A stretch of DNA of 38,458 bases. Source: Pseudobdellovibrionaceae bacterium. Its GTDB lineage: Bacteria; Bdellovibrionota; Bdellovibrionia; Bdellovibrionales; Bdellovibrionaceae. A program made the position numbers and the translations under genes. This document shows positions 1 through 9,870 of this stretch, piece after piece; the stretch's first letter is position 1, and each line of letters begins with the position of its first letter. The stretch is from positions 1-38,458 of the forward strand of contig JBDHWW010000028.1 in NCBI GenBank assembly GCA_039810425.1, read 5' to 3'. The notes under the pieces were generated by a model, which was given only the letters and a program-made list of their open reading frames with translations, was not told the DNA's origin and did not search any database.

Positions 1-75
1 CCGCATCAGGAGTAGCGGGAGTTTGAGGGGAGAGCCCTCAACAGACAGGATGTCTGTTTGCAGTGACTTTGCGGC
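1..75. repeat. Multi-stem palindromic intergenic element (REP-like), possibly cut by the window edge
   Basis: Hairpins TTGAGGG/CCCTCAA and AACAGACA-GGA-TGTCTGTT, closed by CCGCA...TGCGG. Confidence 0.35.
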
Positions 76-206
76 AATAAAAAACTCCGCATTCTCCACC
101 AAAGCCTTGATTTCACGTCGACACACTATCACCAAGCACTCACAGCGTAAGGGGGCAGTTTTTAATCCTTTGACGCGCGAGTCTCCCCCGGGATAAAAAT
201 ACCCGG

Positions 207-860
207 ATGACAAACCGCACTGCACTCATCGAACAAATCGTAGAAATGGCGCGCCGTCTGCACAGCCGAAATATGTTGGCCGCCGCCGACGGCAATATCA
301 GTTACCGCATCAACGATGACGAAATCCTGATTACGCCCTCCGGCATCGCTAAAGCGTTTATGAAACCTCATGAGATGGCCGTGGTGACTCTGGATAATAA
401 AGTACTCAGCGGGAACCCCTCCGGAGAACGCCTCATGCATTTAGAAATTTTTAAAAACTGCCCCAAGGCAAAAGCGGTTATTCATGCGCACCCGCCCACA
501 GCGATCGCCTGGTCCATTGCCCGGCCGGAACTCAAAGAACTGCCTTGCAACAGCCTTTCGGAAGTGATCCTTGCCTGTGGCAGTATTCCGTTTGTTCCCT
601 ATGCCCGCCCGGGCACGCCCGAAATGGGTACACACTTGAAACCTTTTTTGCCGTCCCATCGTGCGATGATTCTTGCCCGTCATGGGGCGGTCGCGTGGGG
701 CGAGGATCTCGACGAAGCCTATCGCGGTATGGAGCGCATGGAACACTCCGCTTTGATTCTGGCAAAAGCCGTCCAGCTCGGAGGCCTGACCACACTTCCC
801 CCGGATGAAGTAAAGGCCCTTTATGAAATGCGAAAAACGCTGGGGGAGCGGCTGTTATGA
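207..860 (+). CDS. Class II aldolase/adducin family protein (FucA-like; probable Ald2/DrdA-type 5-deoxy- or methylthio-ribulose-1-P aldolase, MtnB not excluded)
   Basis: GNIS, ITPSG, PSGERLMH, HAHP and LARHG metal-binding motifs; translationally coupled to mtnA. Confidence 0.85.
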   Translation: MTNRTALIEQIVEMARRLHSRNMLAAADGNISYRINDDEILITPSGIAKAFMKPHEMAVVTLDNKVLSGNPSGERLMHLEIFKNCPKAKAVIHAHPPTAIAWSIARPELKELPCNSLSEVILACGSIPFVPYARPGTPEMGTHLKPFLPSHRAMILARHGAVAWGEDLDEAYRGMERMEHSALILAKAVQLGGLTTLPPDEVKALYEMRKTLGERLL

Positions 861-1894
861 TTAAAGTGCAGTCCCTAGCCATCGAATTTAACGAAGGCCA
901 CTTGCGTATTTTGAATCAGACTCTTCTTCCCCACGAGGAGAAATGGGTCGAGATCGAATCCGTTGACCACATGATCGAGGCCATTAAGCAGCTCAAAGTC
1001 CGTGGCGCTCCACTGATCGGAGTCGCCGCGTCTTTTGCGCTGGCGCAATCGGCGCTTAAAAAAACGCCCCGGGCGCAGCTTATGAAAAAAGCCCAAGCCC
1101 TTTATGAAGCCCGCCCAACGGCGGTGAATTTGATGATCTGCATGGACCGCATGAAAAAAGTCCTGCAAGAGGACTTCAGTATTGAGAACGTGGTAAAAAC
1201 CTCTGAATCGATTTTCCTGGAAGACTTTCAGCTGTGTGAAAGCATTGCCAATAACGGCGCGCGGTTTATCAATGATGGCGATAACATCCTGACTCATTGT
1301 AATACCGGCAGCCTGGCAACAGCCGGCGTAGGAACCGCGCTGGGCATTATTCGCCGCGCGCACGAACAAGGAAAGAAAATCCATGTCTATGTCGACGAGA
1401 CGCGGCCCCTGCTGCAAGGGGGACGACTGACCACCTGGGAGCTTAAAAAACTTCAAATTCCCTTTACCCTGATCACTGACAATATGGCCGGTCACTTGAT
1501 GAGCCAGGGTCGGATTCAAAAAATTTTTGTGGGCTCAGACCGTATTGCGATGAACGGTGATTTCGCCAATAAGATCGGGACCTACTCGGTTGCGGTGCTG
1601 GCTAGCCATCATAAGATTCCATTCTATGTAGCGGCCCCCTACACGACGGTAGATCCGGAGTGCCCGACCGGGGCTTCGATTCCCATTGAGCAGCGGAAGG
1701 CTGAAGAAGTCTTGGGGGTCAGCGGCAGCTTTGGGGGCTCGCCATCAACGATTGAGTGGGCGCCGGAAGGCAGTCCGGTTTACAACCCCGCTTTTGATGT
1801 GACTCCAGCGATGCTGATCACAGGATGGATTTTAGACAATGGGGCATTCAGCCAGAAAGATATTCAATCTGGCGCTCTCAAAAAAAGGAACTAA
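857..1894 (+). CDS. mtnA: S-methyl-5-thioribose-1-phosphate isomerase
   Basis: VRGAPLIG, ARPTAVNL, LTHCNTGSLAT, DETRPLLQGGRLT, GDFANKIGTY and NPAFDVTP motifs. Confidence 0.95.
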   Translation: MIKVQSLAIEFNEGHLRILNQTLLPHEEKWVEIESVDHMIEAIKQLKVRGAPLIGVAASFALAQSALKKTPRAQLMKKAQALYEARPTAVNLMICMDRMKKVLQEDFSIENVVKTSESIFLEDFQLCESIANNGARFINDGDNILTHCNTGSLATAGVGTALGIIRRAHEQGKKIHVYVDETRPLLQGGRLTTWELKKLQIPFTLITDNMAGHLMSQGRIQKIFVGSDRIAMNGDFANKIGTYSVAVLASHHKIPFYVAAPYTTVDPECPTGASIPIEQRKAEEVLGVSGSFGGSPSTIEWAPEGSPVYNPAFDVTPAMLITGWILDNGAFSQKDIQSGALKKRN

Positions 1895-1897
1895 CTC

Positions 1898-2743
1898 ATG
1901 TTTGGTATTATTGGTGGCTCTGGCTTTGAAAAATTCGACGACTTTGAGACGGTAGAACTTTTAAACCGTGAAACCCCGTTCGGACTGGCCAGTAGCGGCT
2001 TTAAAAAAGTCCGGGTGAACGGCGTTGAGTTCCTATTCATCTCCCGGCACGGTGATCATCATGAAATGCTGCCTTCTGAAATCAACTACCGGGCAAATAT
2101 CTTTGCCCTGAAAAGCCATGGGGCGAGGGCCATTGCTTCGTTCTCGGCCGTCGGGAGTCTTGAAAAAGCCTGCAAGCCCGGCGACCTCGTCGTGCCCCAT
2201 CAGTATATCGATCGCACTAAAGGTGTACGGGCACAGAGCTTTTTGGGCGACGGTTTGATTGGTCATATTTCCCTTGCAAAACCGATATGCGAAGTGATGG
2301 CGGAGCGCTTAAAACCACTCACCGCCAAACAAAACTTTGAAACTCACTACGCGAAAACCTACGTGTGTATAGAAGGCCCTTACTTCTCAACAAAAGCGGA
2401 GTCCTTGTCCTATCGCCAAATGGGGGCGGAGATCATCGGCATGAGCCATTTTCCAGAGTATGCGCTGGCGCGAGAAGCGGGCCTTCCCTACCTGCCTTGC
2501 TGCTTTGTCACCGACTATGATTGCTGGGATGACAGCATCCCGCACGTCACCGTTGAGGAAGTGATCAAAGTCATGAGAAGCAACAACAGCAAGGCTTTTG
2601 CGGTTTTGAAGGAACTGCTGGCGCAAAAGAATTTCTGGGAAGGCAGCCTTGCCCCGGAAGGTGGCCTGCGAACGGGCCTCTTCATGCCCAAAGAGGCGAT
2701 CCCTCAAAAGAAACTCAGCTGGGTTCAGGTCCTGATGTCTTAA
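1898..2743 (+). CDS. mtnP: S-methyl-5'-thioadenosine phosphorylase (MTAP)
   Basis: GIIGGSG, RHG, NYRANIFAL, SAVGSL, EGPYFSTKAES, AREAG and VTDYDCW motifs. Confidence 0.93.
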   Translation: MFGIIGGSGFEKFDDFETVELLNRETPFGLASSGFKKVRVNGVEFLFISRHGDHHEMLPSEINYRANIFALKSHGARAIASFSAVGSLEKACKPGDLVVPHQYIDRTKGVRAQSFLGDGLIGHISLAKPICEVMAERLKPLTAKQNFETHYAKTYVCIEGPYFSTKAESLSYRQMGAEIIGMSHFPEYALAREAGLPYLPCCFVTDYDCWDDSIPHVTVEEVIKVMRSNNSKAFAVLKELLAQKNFWEGSLAPEGGLRTGLFMPKEAIPQKKLSWVQVLMS

Positions 2744-2800
2744 TTCGAGACGTTCGCCGTTAAGAAAAAATCACTTAACTTCAAGCTTGTTAAAATACGG

Positions 2801-2828
2801 TAAATATTTGTTTCAAGGCACCCGATAA
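2801..2828 (+). promoter_or_regulatory. Putative sigma28 (FliA)-type promoter
   Basis: TAAA-N16-CCCGATAA ending 10 nt before the ATG at 2839; resembles TAAA-N15-GCCGATAA. Confidence 0.5.
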
Positions 2829-2838
2829 GAGAATTGAA

Positions 2839-5800
2839 ATGAGAACGTTTTTGGTTGTTAAATATTTATTTATCGTCTCCCTTTGTGGATATCTTGCTGC
2901 TTGTACCAGCAGTGACACGGGATCTATTGATAAACTCTTGGGAAATTTCTCATCAGCCCCCATCTTGAACTCGATCCCCGATCAGACCGTTCAACAAGAA
3001 GACCTGCTAAAGGTTGATATCAATAATATCAAAGACGGAGTTCCCGGAAACGACAAAGACATGAGCTATACCTGTGTCTATGACATGGAGGTTGACGGCA
3101 AGGTGACGGCGACCACGGCCTGTGCGGATCTGCCGAACTCGACGGTGACGTTTGATGCGGCGGCGGGGATTTTGCAATGGACCCCCCACTCAGGGGTTTT
3201 AGGGAACTACGAATTCAAAATCACCGGCAAAAATGCCGATGGCGTTTATGATGAAGTCTTCTCTGTCGGCGTTCGCTTAAAATTTAGCGGCGTCGGCCTT
3301 TACACGCAAATCACGGGCAACAGCGTGACCGTGAACTGGACACCGAATCCCGCGGCGCAAGGTTACCAGATTTTCAAACTCAACTCGCTCACCGGCCAGT
3401 ATGAAACTTTCAAAACGATTGCCGGTGGTTCCACCAGCGGAACCACTCTCACGGGCCTTTCTCCGAACACTCCTTACACTTTGCGTGTGCAAGCCATCGA
3501 CGCCCTCGGAAACTTTGACGGCAATGTCGTCTCACGCTCTTTTACAACCACGGAGCTCGTGAAGCTGTCCATGAGCGCGCCGGTTTCCACTCTTGCAGCC
3601 GGAACGCCAACCACTGTGACCGTGCAAGCGTTTAATGCGAATGGCACCCCCCAAACGGTCGGAGGCCTTCCCGTCGTGCCGACGATTGCAAGTGGTACAA
3701 GTTCGGGCACCTTCTCCGCAGTCACAGATAATAACGACGGGACCTATACATTTAGTTTTACACCGATCGTGGTGGGCAGTGCGATCTCGATTGATGTTTC
3801 TATTAATATTACTTTCTTTTTAAATAATACGGTGAACCTGTCGATCATCCCGGGTGCGGCTTCGTCGGCCAACTCTGCGGTTTCAACGAGCTCGGGCACC
3901 GTGGTTTCAGGCAATAGCGTCACTGTCACTGCCACCGTGCGTGACGCTTATAACAACCCGATCAGCTCTGGCCAAGTCGTCAGCTTTGTTAAATCCGGTG
4001 GCACCTCGACAGGAACTTTTGCCAGCATCAATAATCAAGGCAATGGGGTCTACTCGGTTGCCTTCACAGGTATAACCGCGGGAACGGCGCAGACGATAAA
4101 AGTCAAAGTGGATAGTACGACGCTAACTCCCTCCACACCCATTCAAGTTTTACCGGGTACACCGGTGTCGGTGAATTCGACCCTGACCATTAGCTCCGCA
4201 ACCATTTCTTCAGGCACGGCAGCGACAGTTGTCGCGACTTTAAAAGATATCAATAACAATCCGGTTCCTTCGGGCGTGATGGTTGTATTTAATAAATCCG
4301 GCGGGACGAGTTCCGGCGCATTTGATCCGATCGTCAACAATAACAACGGGTCTTATACGACGACTTACACCGGCGTCACTTCCGGGACGGCGCAGACGCT
4401 GACCGTGTCGGTGGACGGCGTGACGTTAGTTCCGACGGTGTCGGTAACGGTCGTACCAGGGCCGGCACTGCTTGCAAATTCAAGTCTCACGGTCACAAGT
4501 CCCACCGTGGTGTCTGGTTCATTCGTCACTGTGACTGCGACTTTAAAAGACGTGAATAACAATCCCATTGATTCCGGCGTCACCGTGAATTTTACAAAAA
4601 CCGGCGGGACTTCCACCGGAACTTTCGGCACGGTCACCAATCAGGGCAATGGGGTTTATAATATCCGCTATACCGGCGTTGTCTCAGGATCGGCGCAAAC
4701 GCTGACGGTGCTTATTAACGGCATCAGTCTTGGCGCCTCCGTGGGCGTCGCCGTTTTAACCGGGGCCCCGTCCCCGACGCAATCGACAATTTCTATCTCT
4801 AGCGGCACTGTGGTTTCAGGGCAATCTGTGATGGTCACCGCCAACATTCGGGATGATAATAACAACCCGGTAACGTCTGGAGTCTCCATTGCGTTTGCCA
4901 AAACCGGCGGGACTTCCACCGGAGCTTTCGGCACGGTCACCAATGCCGGTAACGGTGTCTACACCGTGGCTTACACCGGCGTGGTTTCCGGCAGTGCTCA
5001 AACGATTCATATTCTTGCCGATGGTTCGACGCTTGGCCCGAATACTACAGTGGCCGTTGTGAACGGCGCGCCTTATATGGCGAACTCCACACTGACCATC
5101 GGCTCGAATGCTATTTTGTCAGGCCAAACAACGACGGTCACCGCAACGATCAAAGACTTGAATAACAATCCGATTAGCTCCGGCATCACGGTCTCGTTCA
5201 CAAAAACCAGTGGAACATCGACCGGAGCTTTTAGTGCCGTGACAAACCAAGGTGCTGGCGTCTATACGATCACTTACACAGGCATCGTTGCCGGAAGTGG
5301 GCAAGATATAAAAGTTCTAACTGGGGGAACCGATCTTGGTTTAAATATCACTGTTGCCGTCAGCCCCGGCGCCCCTTCCGCCACACAGTCTTCTATTTCT
5401 GTGGCAAGCCCGACCGTGATTTCTGGTCAAGCCGTCACCATCACGGGAACAATCAAGGACGCCGCAGGAAATCCAATCAACTCCGGTGTTGCCGTCACTT
5501 TCTCGAAAAGCGGTGGTACGGCGACGGGAACTTTCGGCACGATCACTCCACAAGGAAATGGCGTTTACACCGTCGACTACTCCGGAATTATCGCGGGAAC
5601 AGCACAGACACTTGGAATTTTAGTGGATGGCACGGGTCTGGGCCCAACCACCACTCTCAGTGTCATCCCGGGCGCACCTAACAATACACTGTCGACCTTA
5701 ACCGTCACTTCAAACGTGGTGATCGCTGGCCAATATGTCACGCTAACGGCCACAATCAAGGACTCTAATGGCAATCCAATCAGCACGGGGATCCTTGTAA

Positions 5801-8800
5801 CCTTTGATAAGGTGGGCGGCACGTCGTTTGGCAGCTACAGCGCGGTGGTGAACCAAGGAAACGGCGTCTATACGTCGAACTACACCGGCATTACGGCAGG
5901 AACGGCCCAGACTCTTCAGGCAAACGTAAATGGTGCGGGCTTTGGCCCGACTCAAAGTGTGCAAGTTCTGGTGGGCGCACCGAGCCTGGCAAACTCGAGC
6001 CTGACGGTCTCTTCCGGTACAGTGGCTTCAGGCTCCAGCGTGAACATTACGGCGGTGATCAAAGATTCGCAGAACAACCCTGTTACTTCCGAGTATGCTA
6101 TTACCTTAGACACCATCGGCGGATCGAGCACGGGAACTCTTTCAAGCATTAACAACGCCGGTAACGGCACTTTCACCGCGACCTATTTGGGCGCGATTGC
6201 CGGCTCAGCGCAAACACTGCGCGTCCTTGCTGATGGCACACCGATCGCGGGCCTGACTAAAACAATTCAAGTGCTGGCAGGTCCGGCTTCATCGGCGACC
6301 TCAACATTCACCATGAGCGCTGGCACTGTGCAGTCTGGGACAACGGCCAATCTGACCATGAATTTACGGGATGCAAATAACAATGCGATTTCAAGCGGTG
6401 CCACCGTGACATTTACAAAATCCACGGGCGTCAGCGACGGAACTTTGAGCGGAGTTTCTAATGGGGGCGGCGGAAACTACTCGGCGATTTATACCGGCAC
6501 GACGATGGGTCCTCCCCAGACGATCCAACTGGTTGTAAACGGCGCGTCCGTAGGTCTTTCGGTGTCCGTGACGGTGACTGCGGGCCCACCGACGCACTTC
6601 TCGACTTCCCAGCCCTTAAATCCTTTGGCAAGTATTGATTGCGCAGGACCTTTTACTCTGACCTTGAAAGATGTCAGCGAGAACACCACAAGTTCCCTCT
6701 CGGTCGTGAATCTTGCGTTCTCGTCCTCGCCGGCAGGGAGTGCAACGGGTACGATTTTCTCCGACTCTTCGTGCTCGAATCCGATTTCTTCGTTAAGCAT
6801 TCCGGTTTTAACCGCTTCCGCGCAGTTCTATTATAAAGCTTATACTCCGAATAGCTTCACATTCACGCTTTCGCCGAGCGGAGGCATCGCAAACACAAGT
6901 TTTACGATCACAAACATCCCGGTCCTTTCATGGATTGGCGCCAGCGCGTTCTTCACAATGAACGGCAGCGGTTCAGGCACGGTGATTGACGACTCCGCCG
7001 GCGGTATGTGGAATCCCTCTGATATCGCCATCAATGGCAGTAGCATGTTCGTTGTGGATTACACCGCGAATCGGATTTTAAAATACGATATTTCCACAAA
7101 CCAATTCATTGGCTGGATTGGCTACGTGGGATCCAACGAAGCTCTGACGTCTTACGATGGCAGTAACAGCTGCCCTACGGCTGCGGTCGGTTCCTTGACA
7201 CCTGTTTGGTGCAAAGGCGGCCGCGCCAGTTCTTCTGTCGGCACAACAACAGTGGTTCAAAATCCGAGAAATATTGCTGCGGACAGCAATTACATTTACG
7301 TTTCCAGTTGGAGTAATCATCGTATCGCCCGCTTCTTACAAGCCGACGGAAGCTTCCAGGGCTGGCTCGGTAAGATAAATACCACACCAGCGACTTCTCC
7401 AGTGGCCTGCGTGAACGCCGGGACGCTAGCGACCACTCCTACTTGGTGCTACGGCGGCAATTCGGCAAGTGGCACCGCTGATGGTCAACTCAACAATCCT
7501 GCCGGCCTTATCGTTCTCAGCGGTAAAATCTATGTGAACGACAGCGCCAATCATCGCCTATCAAAGTACGATGCCGCAACGGGTGCGTTCGAAGGCTGGG
7601 TCGGTCGCGTGGGTGCGACGCAACCGCCAACAACGGGTCAGTTACCAACATGCTCTGTCCAGCCCGCCGTCGGTGCGAAAACTCCAGGCTGGTGCGTGGG
7701 CGGCACTTCTCAGTCTTCGCCGCGCCGGCAAGCCAGCGTCGCGGGTCCTCCTTCGGAAGTTGCCGCTCCGGATGAAGGCTTTTTCAACCCTTCAGGCCTG
7801 ACAACCGACGGCACCAGCTTGTACATTGGTGATGGAAATAATTATCGTATCGCCCGGGTCACTCTGAGCACCGGAGCATTTAACGGATGGCTGGGTTACA
7901 TCTCTCGTAACTCAGCACTGTCACCAACGACACCTTCGCAAACCGCAGGTAATTTTACCGCTGGCTGGATAGCCGGTGGTGTAACGGATGCCCGGTCCGG
8001 AGTCGATGGCTGGGGCTATATAAATCAGTTAGCATATGATTCTGCTTCCGGTTACTTGTTCGTTGCTGATCAATATCACCGCATTTCAAAAGTTCGGGCT
8101 TCTGATGGCAGCGACTTTCGCTGGATTGGCCGCGCCGCGAACTCGCCGACAGGTGGTTACACGGGTTGCAGCAGCACTCCGATGGGCGGCACAAATCCAG
8201 GCTGGTGCTTGAACGGCACTGCGAATAGATATGGCAACACGAACGGGACATTTTATACGCCGTCGGGTCTGGCGCTGACTTCAACGAAACTCTATGTGGC
8301 GGATTACAACAACTTCCGCGTCCAAAGATTCAATTTGAGCGATGGAACGTTTGACGGCTGGATCGGCAGTGGCAACATTGCTGCGATGAAATGGAGCCGA
8401 ACTATCGCCAGTGGCGCTGCGGCTTCACGCTCTGGTATTGATGATTACTCCTTCGGCGATGTCTCTGGCGTGTATGCAGGCATCACCATGAACTCGACTT
8501 ACCTGTTCATGAGTGATCTTGGCTGGAATCGTATTAAAAAATACAACTTCCAAGATGGCCAAATCACTGGTTACATCGGTCAAATTCTAAGCAGTGGTGG
8601 CTTCTACCCGACAGGACCGGATTCTTGCATTGGTTACACTTCGGGGATGACTCCTGACTGGTGCTATGGCGGCGGCCGCACGACAAACGGGAGCGGCATT
8701 CATGGTTACAACAATCCTTACTCGGTCGCTGCGGATAGCACCTACGTTTACATTGCCAACTACTCAAACCATCGTATTGATCGAGTTCGCATCAGTGATG

Positions 8801-9765
8801 CGCTTTACTTGGGATGGGTCGGACAGGTGAACACAACTCCGACCGACGGTGATCCTGCGTGCTTATTAACCAATTCGCCGAACCCCGCGCCGAACTGGTG
8901 TATCGGAGGTGCCGCAACGTCGAATAACGTATGGGGAACACTGAATGCGCCACGCGCGCTCTTTTACGATACCTCTCAGGGTGTCCTGTACGCGACGGAC
9001 AACACCTCTCGCTTGATTAAGATGGATCCATCAAATGGCGCGTTTTTAGCTGTCGGCGGTACTATTTCCGCAGGGACCGGCGGAGCCAACTGTGGCGTGA
9101 CTGCCGGGGTTGCCACCGGCTGGTGCACCACTTCCGCCACCGGCTCTACGGCGACAACAAAATACGGCGGCCTCAATGCTCCATCCGCCATTGCAACCAA
9201 CAGCACTCACATCTTCGTTGCTGACACCAACAACAACCGTATTGACCGCTTCGATAAAACTACCGGCGCGCCGGTGGGCTTTGTTGCTAAGCTGAATACC
9301 GGCACGAATACGAATCTAACTGCTACCGGTGGCGCTTGTAACGGTCTCTCCGGCTTTCCGAAAGTGACTCCGGGTTGGTGCTGGACGACGACACTGGGAA
9401 CTGCACCAAGCCAAATTACCGGCACCGAAGAAAATGCGTACAACGCCCCTCGCGGTGTGTGGGCGGATGATACTTATGTATACGTTGCCGATACCGGCAA
9501 TAACCGCATCGTGCGCATCTTCGCGGCCACGGGCGCGCCGGATGGTTGGAAAGGTCTCATCGGCTCAACAAGCGGCATGACCGATCCGGCCTGTATCGCT
9601 GCCGGCGTGGGTAGCGTCACCCCGAAGTGGTGTAAAGGCGGCACGTCCGCGCCTGGACAACAACTCGGAGCGCTCGACTACCCTGTCAGTGTTTTCGGTG
9701 ACGCGAATTACATCTATGTCATGGATGGCCGCAACAATCGTGTTCAGACAATCCCCAAAAACTAG
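2839..9765 (+). CDS. Giant surface lipoprotein/adhesin: cadherin/Ig-like domain, FN3, ~10 invasin/Big-like repeats, C-terminal NHL beta-propeller region
   Basis: Lipobox LAAC; FN3 motif (LTGLSPNTPYTLRVQAID); ~101-aa repeats (TATxKDxNNNPI...GNGVYT); NHL repeats (YVADxxNxRI). Confidence 0.85.
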   Translation: MRTFLVVKYLFIVSLCGYLAACTSSDTGSIDKLLGNFSSAPILNSIPDQTVQQEDLLKVDINNIKDGVPGNDKDMSYTCVYDMEVDGKVTATTACADLPNSTVTFDAAAGILQWTPHSGVLGNYEFKITGKNADGVYDEVFSVGVRLKFSGVGLYTQITGNSVTVNWTPNPAAQGYQIFKLNSLTGQYETFKTIAGGSTSGTTLTGLSPNTPYTLRVQAIDALGNFDGNVVSRSFTTTELVKLSMSAPVSTLAAGTPTTVTVQAFNANGTPQTVGGLPVVPTIASGTSSGTFSAVTDNNDGTYTFSFTPIVVGSAISIDVSINITFFLNNTVNLSIIPGAASSANSAVSTSSGTVVSGNSVTVTATVRDAYNNPISSGQVVSFVKSGGTSTGTFASINNQGNGVYSVAFTGITAGTAQTIKVKVDSTTLTPSTPIQVLPGTPVSVNSTLTISSATISSGTAATVVATLKDINNNPVPSGVMVVFNKSGGTSSGAFDPIVNNNNGSYTTTYTGVTSGTAQTLTVSVDGVTLVPTVSVTVVPGPALLANSSLTVTSPTVVSGSFVTVTATLKDVNNNPIDSGVTVNFTKTGGTSTGTFGTVTNQGNGVYNIRYTGVVSGSAQTLTVLINGISLGASVGVAVLTGAPSPTQSTISISSGTVVSGQSVMVTANIRDDNNNPVTSGVSIAFAKTGGTSTGAFGTVTNAGNGVYTVAYTGVVSGSAQTIHILADGSTLGPNTTVAVVNGAPYMANSTLTIGSNAILSGQTTTVTATIKDLNNNPISSGITVSFTKTSGTSTGAFSAVTNQGAGVYTITYTGIVAGSGQDIKVLTGGTDLGLNITVAVSPGAPSATQSSISVASPTVISGQAVTITGTIKDAAGNPINSGVAVTFSKSGGTATGTFGTITPQGNGVYTVDYSGIIAGTAQTLGILVDGTGLGPTTTLSVIPGAPNNTLSTLTVTSNVVIAGQYVTLTATIKDSNGNPISTGILVTFDKVGGTSFGSYSAVVNQGNGVYTSNYTGITAGTAQTLQANVNGAGFGPTQSVQVLVGAPSLANSSLTVSSGTVASGSSVNITAVIKDSQNNPVTSEYAITLDTIGGSSTGTLSSINNAGNGTFTATYLGAIAGSAQTLRVLADGTPIAGLTKTIQVLAGPASSATSTFTMSAGTVQSGTTANLTMNLRDANNNAISSGATVTFTKSTGVSDGTLSGVSNGGGGNYSAIYTGTTMGPPQTIQLVVNGASVGLSVSVTVTAGPPTHFSTSQPLNPLASIDCAGPFTLTLKDVSENTTSSLSVVNLAFSSSPAGSATGTIFSDSSCSNPISSLSIPVLTASAQFYYKAYTPNSFTFTLSPSGGIANTSFTITNIPVLSWIGASAFFTMNGSGSGTVIDDSAGGMWNPSDIAINGSSMFVVDYTANRILKYDISTNQFIGWIGYVGSNEALTSYDGSNSCPTAAVGSLTPVWCKGGRASSSVGTTTVVQNPRNIAADSNYIYVSSWSNHRIARFLQADGSFQGWLGKINTTPATSPVACVNAGTLATTPTWCYGGNSASGTADGQLNNPAGLIVLSGKIYVNDSANHRLSKYDAATGAFEGWVGRVGATQPPTTGQLPTCSVQPAVGAKTPGWCVGGTSQSSPRRQASVAGPPSEVAAPDEGFFNPSGLTTDGTSLYIGDGNNYRIARVTLSTGAFNGWLGYISRNSALSPTTPSQTAGNFTAGWIAGGVTDARSGVDGWGYINQLAYDSASGYLFVADQYHRISKVRASDGSDFRWIGRAANSPTGGYTGCSSTPMGGTNPGWCLNGTANRYGNTNGTFYTPSGLALTSTKLYVADYNNFRVQRFNLSDGTFDGWIGSGNIAAMKWSRTIASGAAASRSGIDDYSFGDVSGVYAGITMNSTYLFMSDLGWNRIKKYNFQDGQITGYIGQILSSGGFYPTGPDSCIGYTSGMTPDWCYGGGRTTNGSGIHGYNNPYSVAADSTYVYIANYSNHRIDRVRISDALYLGWVGQVNTTPTDGDPACLLTNSPNPAPNWCIGGAATSNNVWGTLNAPRALFYDTSQGVLYATDNTSRLIKMDPSNGAFLAVGGTISAGTGGANCGVTAGVATGWCTTSATGSTATTKYGGLNAPSAIATNSTHIFVADTNNNRIDRFDKTTGAPVGFVAKLNTGTNTNLTATGGACNGLSGFPKVTPGWCWTTTLGTAPSQITGTEENAYNAPRGVWADDTYVYVADTGNNRIVRIFAATGAPDGWKGLIGSTSGMTDPACIAAGVGSVTPKWCKGGTSAPGQQLGALDYPVSVFGDANYIYVMDGRNNRVQTIPKN
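3853..6585 (+). repeat. Intragenic tandem ~303-bp diverged repeats encoding Ig-like domains
   Basis: GxP/GxA repeat starts at about 3853, 4156, 4459, 4762, 5065, 5368, 5671, 5974, 6280 and 6583. Confidence 0.85.
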
Positions 9766-9835
9766 AGTCCAGTTTTCGAAACCATCGAACTCGCCACGAC
9801 GTTCCTCCAGTCTTCAAAGACTTGTTAAGAAAATC

Positions 9836-9863
9836 TCAAGAGCACACAGTCATTTGCCGAAAA
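9836..9863 (+). promoter_or_regulatory. Putative sigma28 (FliA)-type promoter
   Basis: TCAA-N16-GCCGAAAA ending 7 nt before the ATG at 9871; same spacing as the site at 2801. Confidence 0.5.
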
Positions 9864-9870
9864 GACCAGC

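Noticed and set aside
1..130. SAM-I riboswitch upstream of the mtn operon (ATCAGGAG...GAGGGGA..GCCC...GCAA)
   Set aside because: No P3 GCAACC/GGTGC pairing and no closing P1 strand; the hairpins fit a REP-like element better. An Rfam search including upstream sequence would settle it.
3007..9443. Many short antisense ORFs within the adhesin gene
   Set aside because: Shadows of the repetitive Thr/Gly/Ser-rich sense frame
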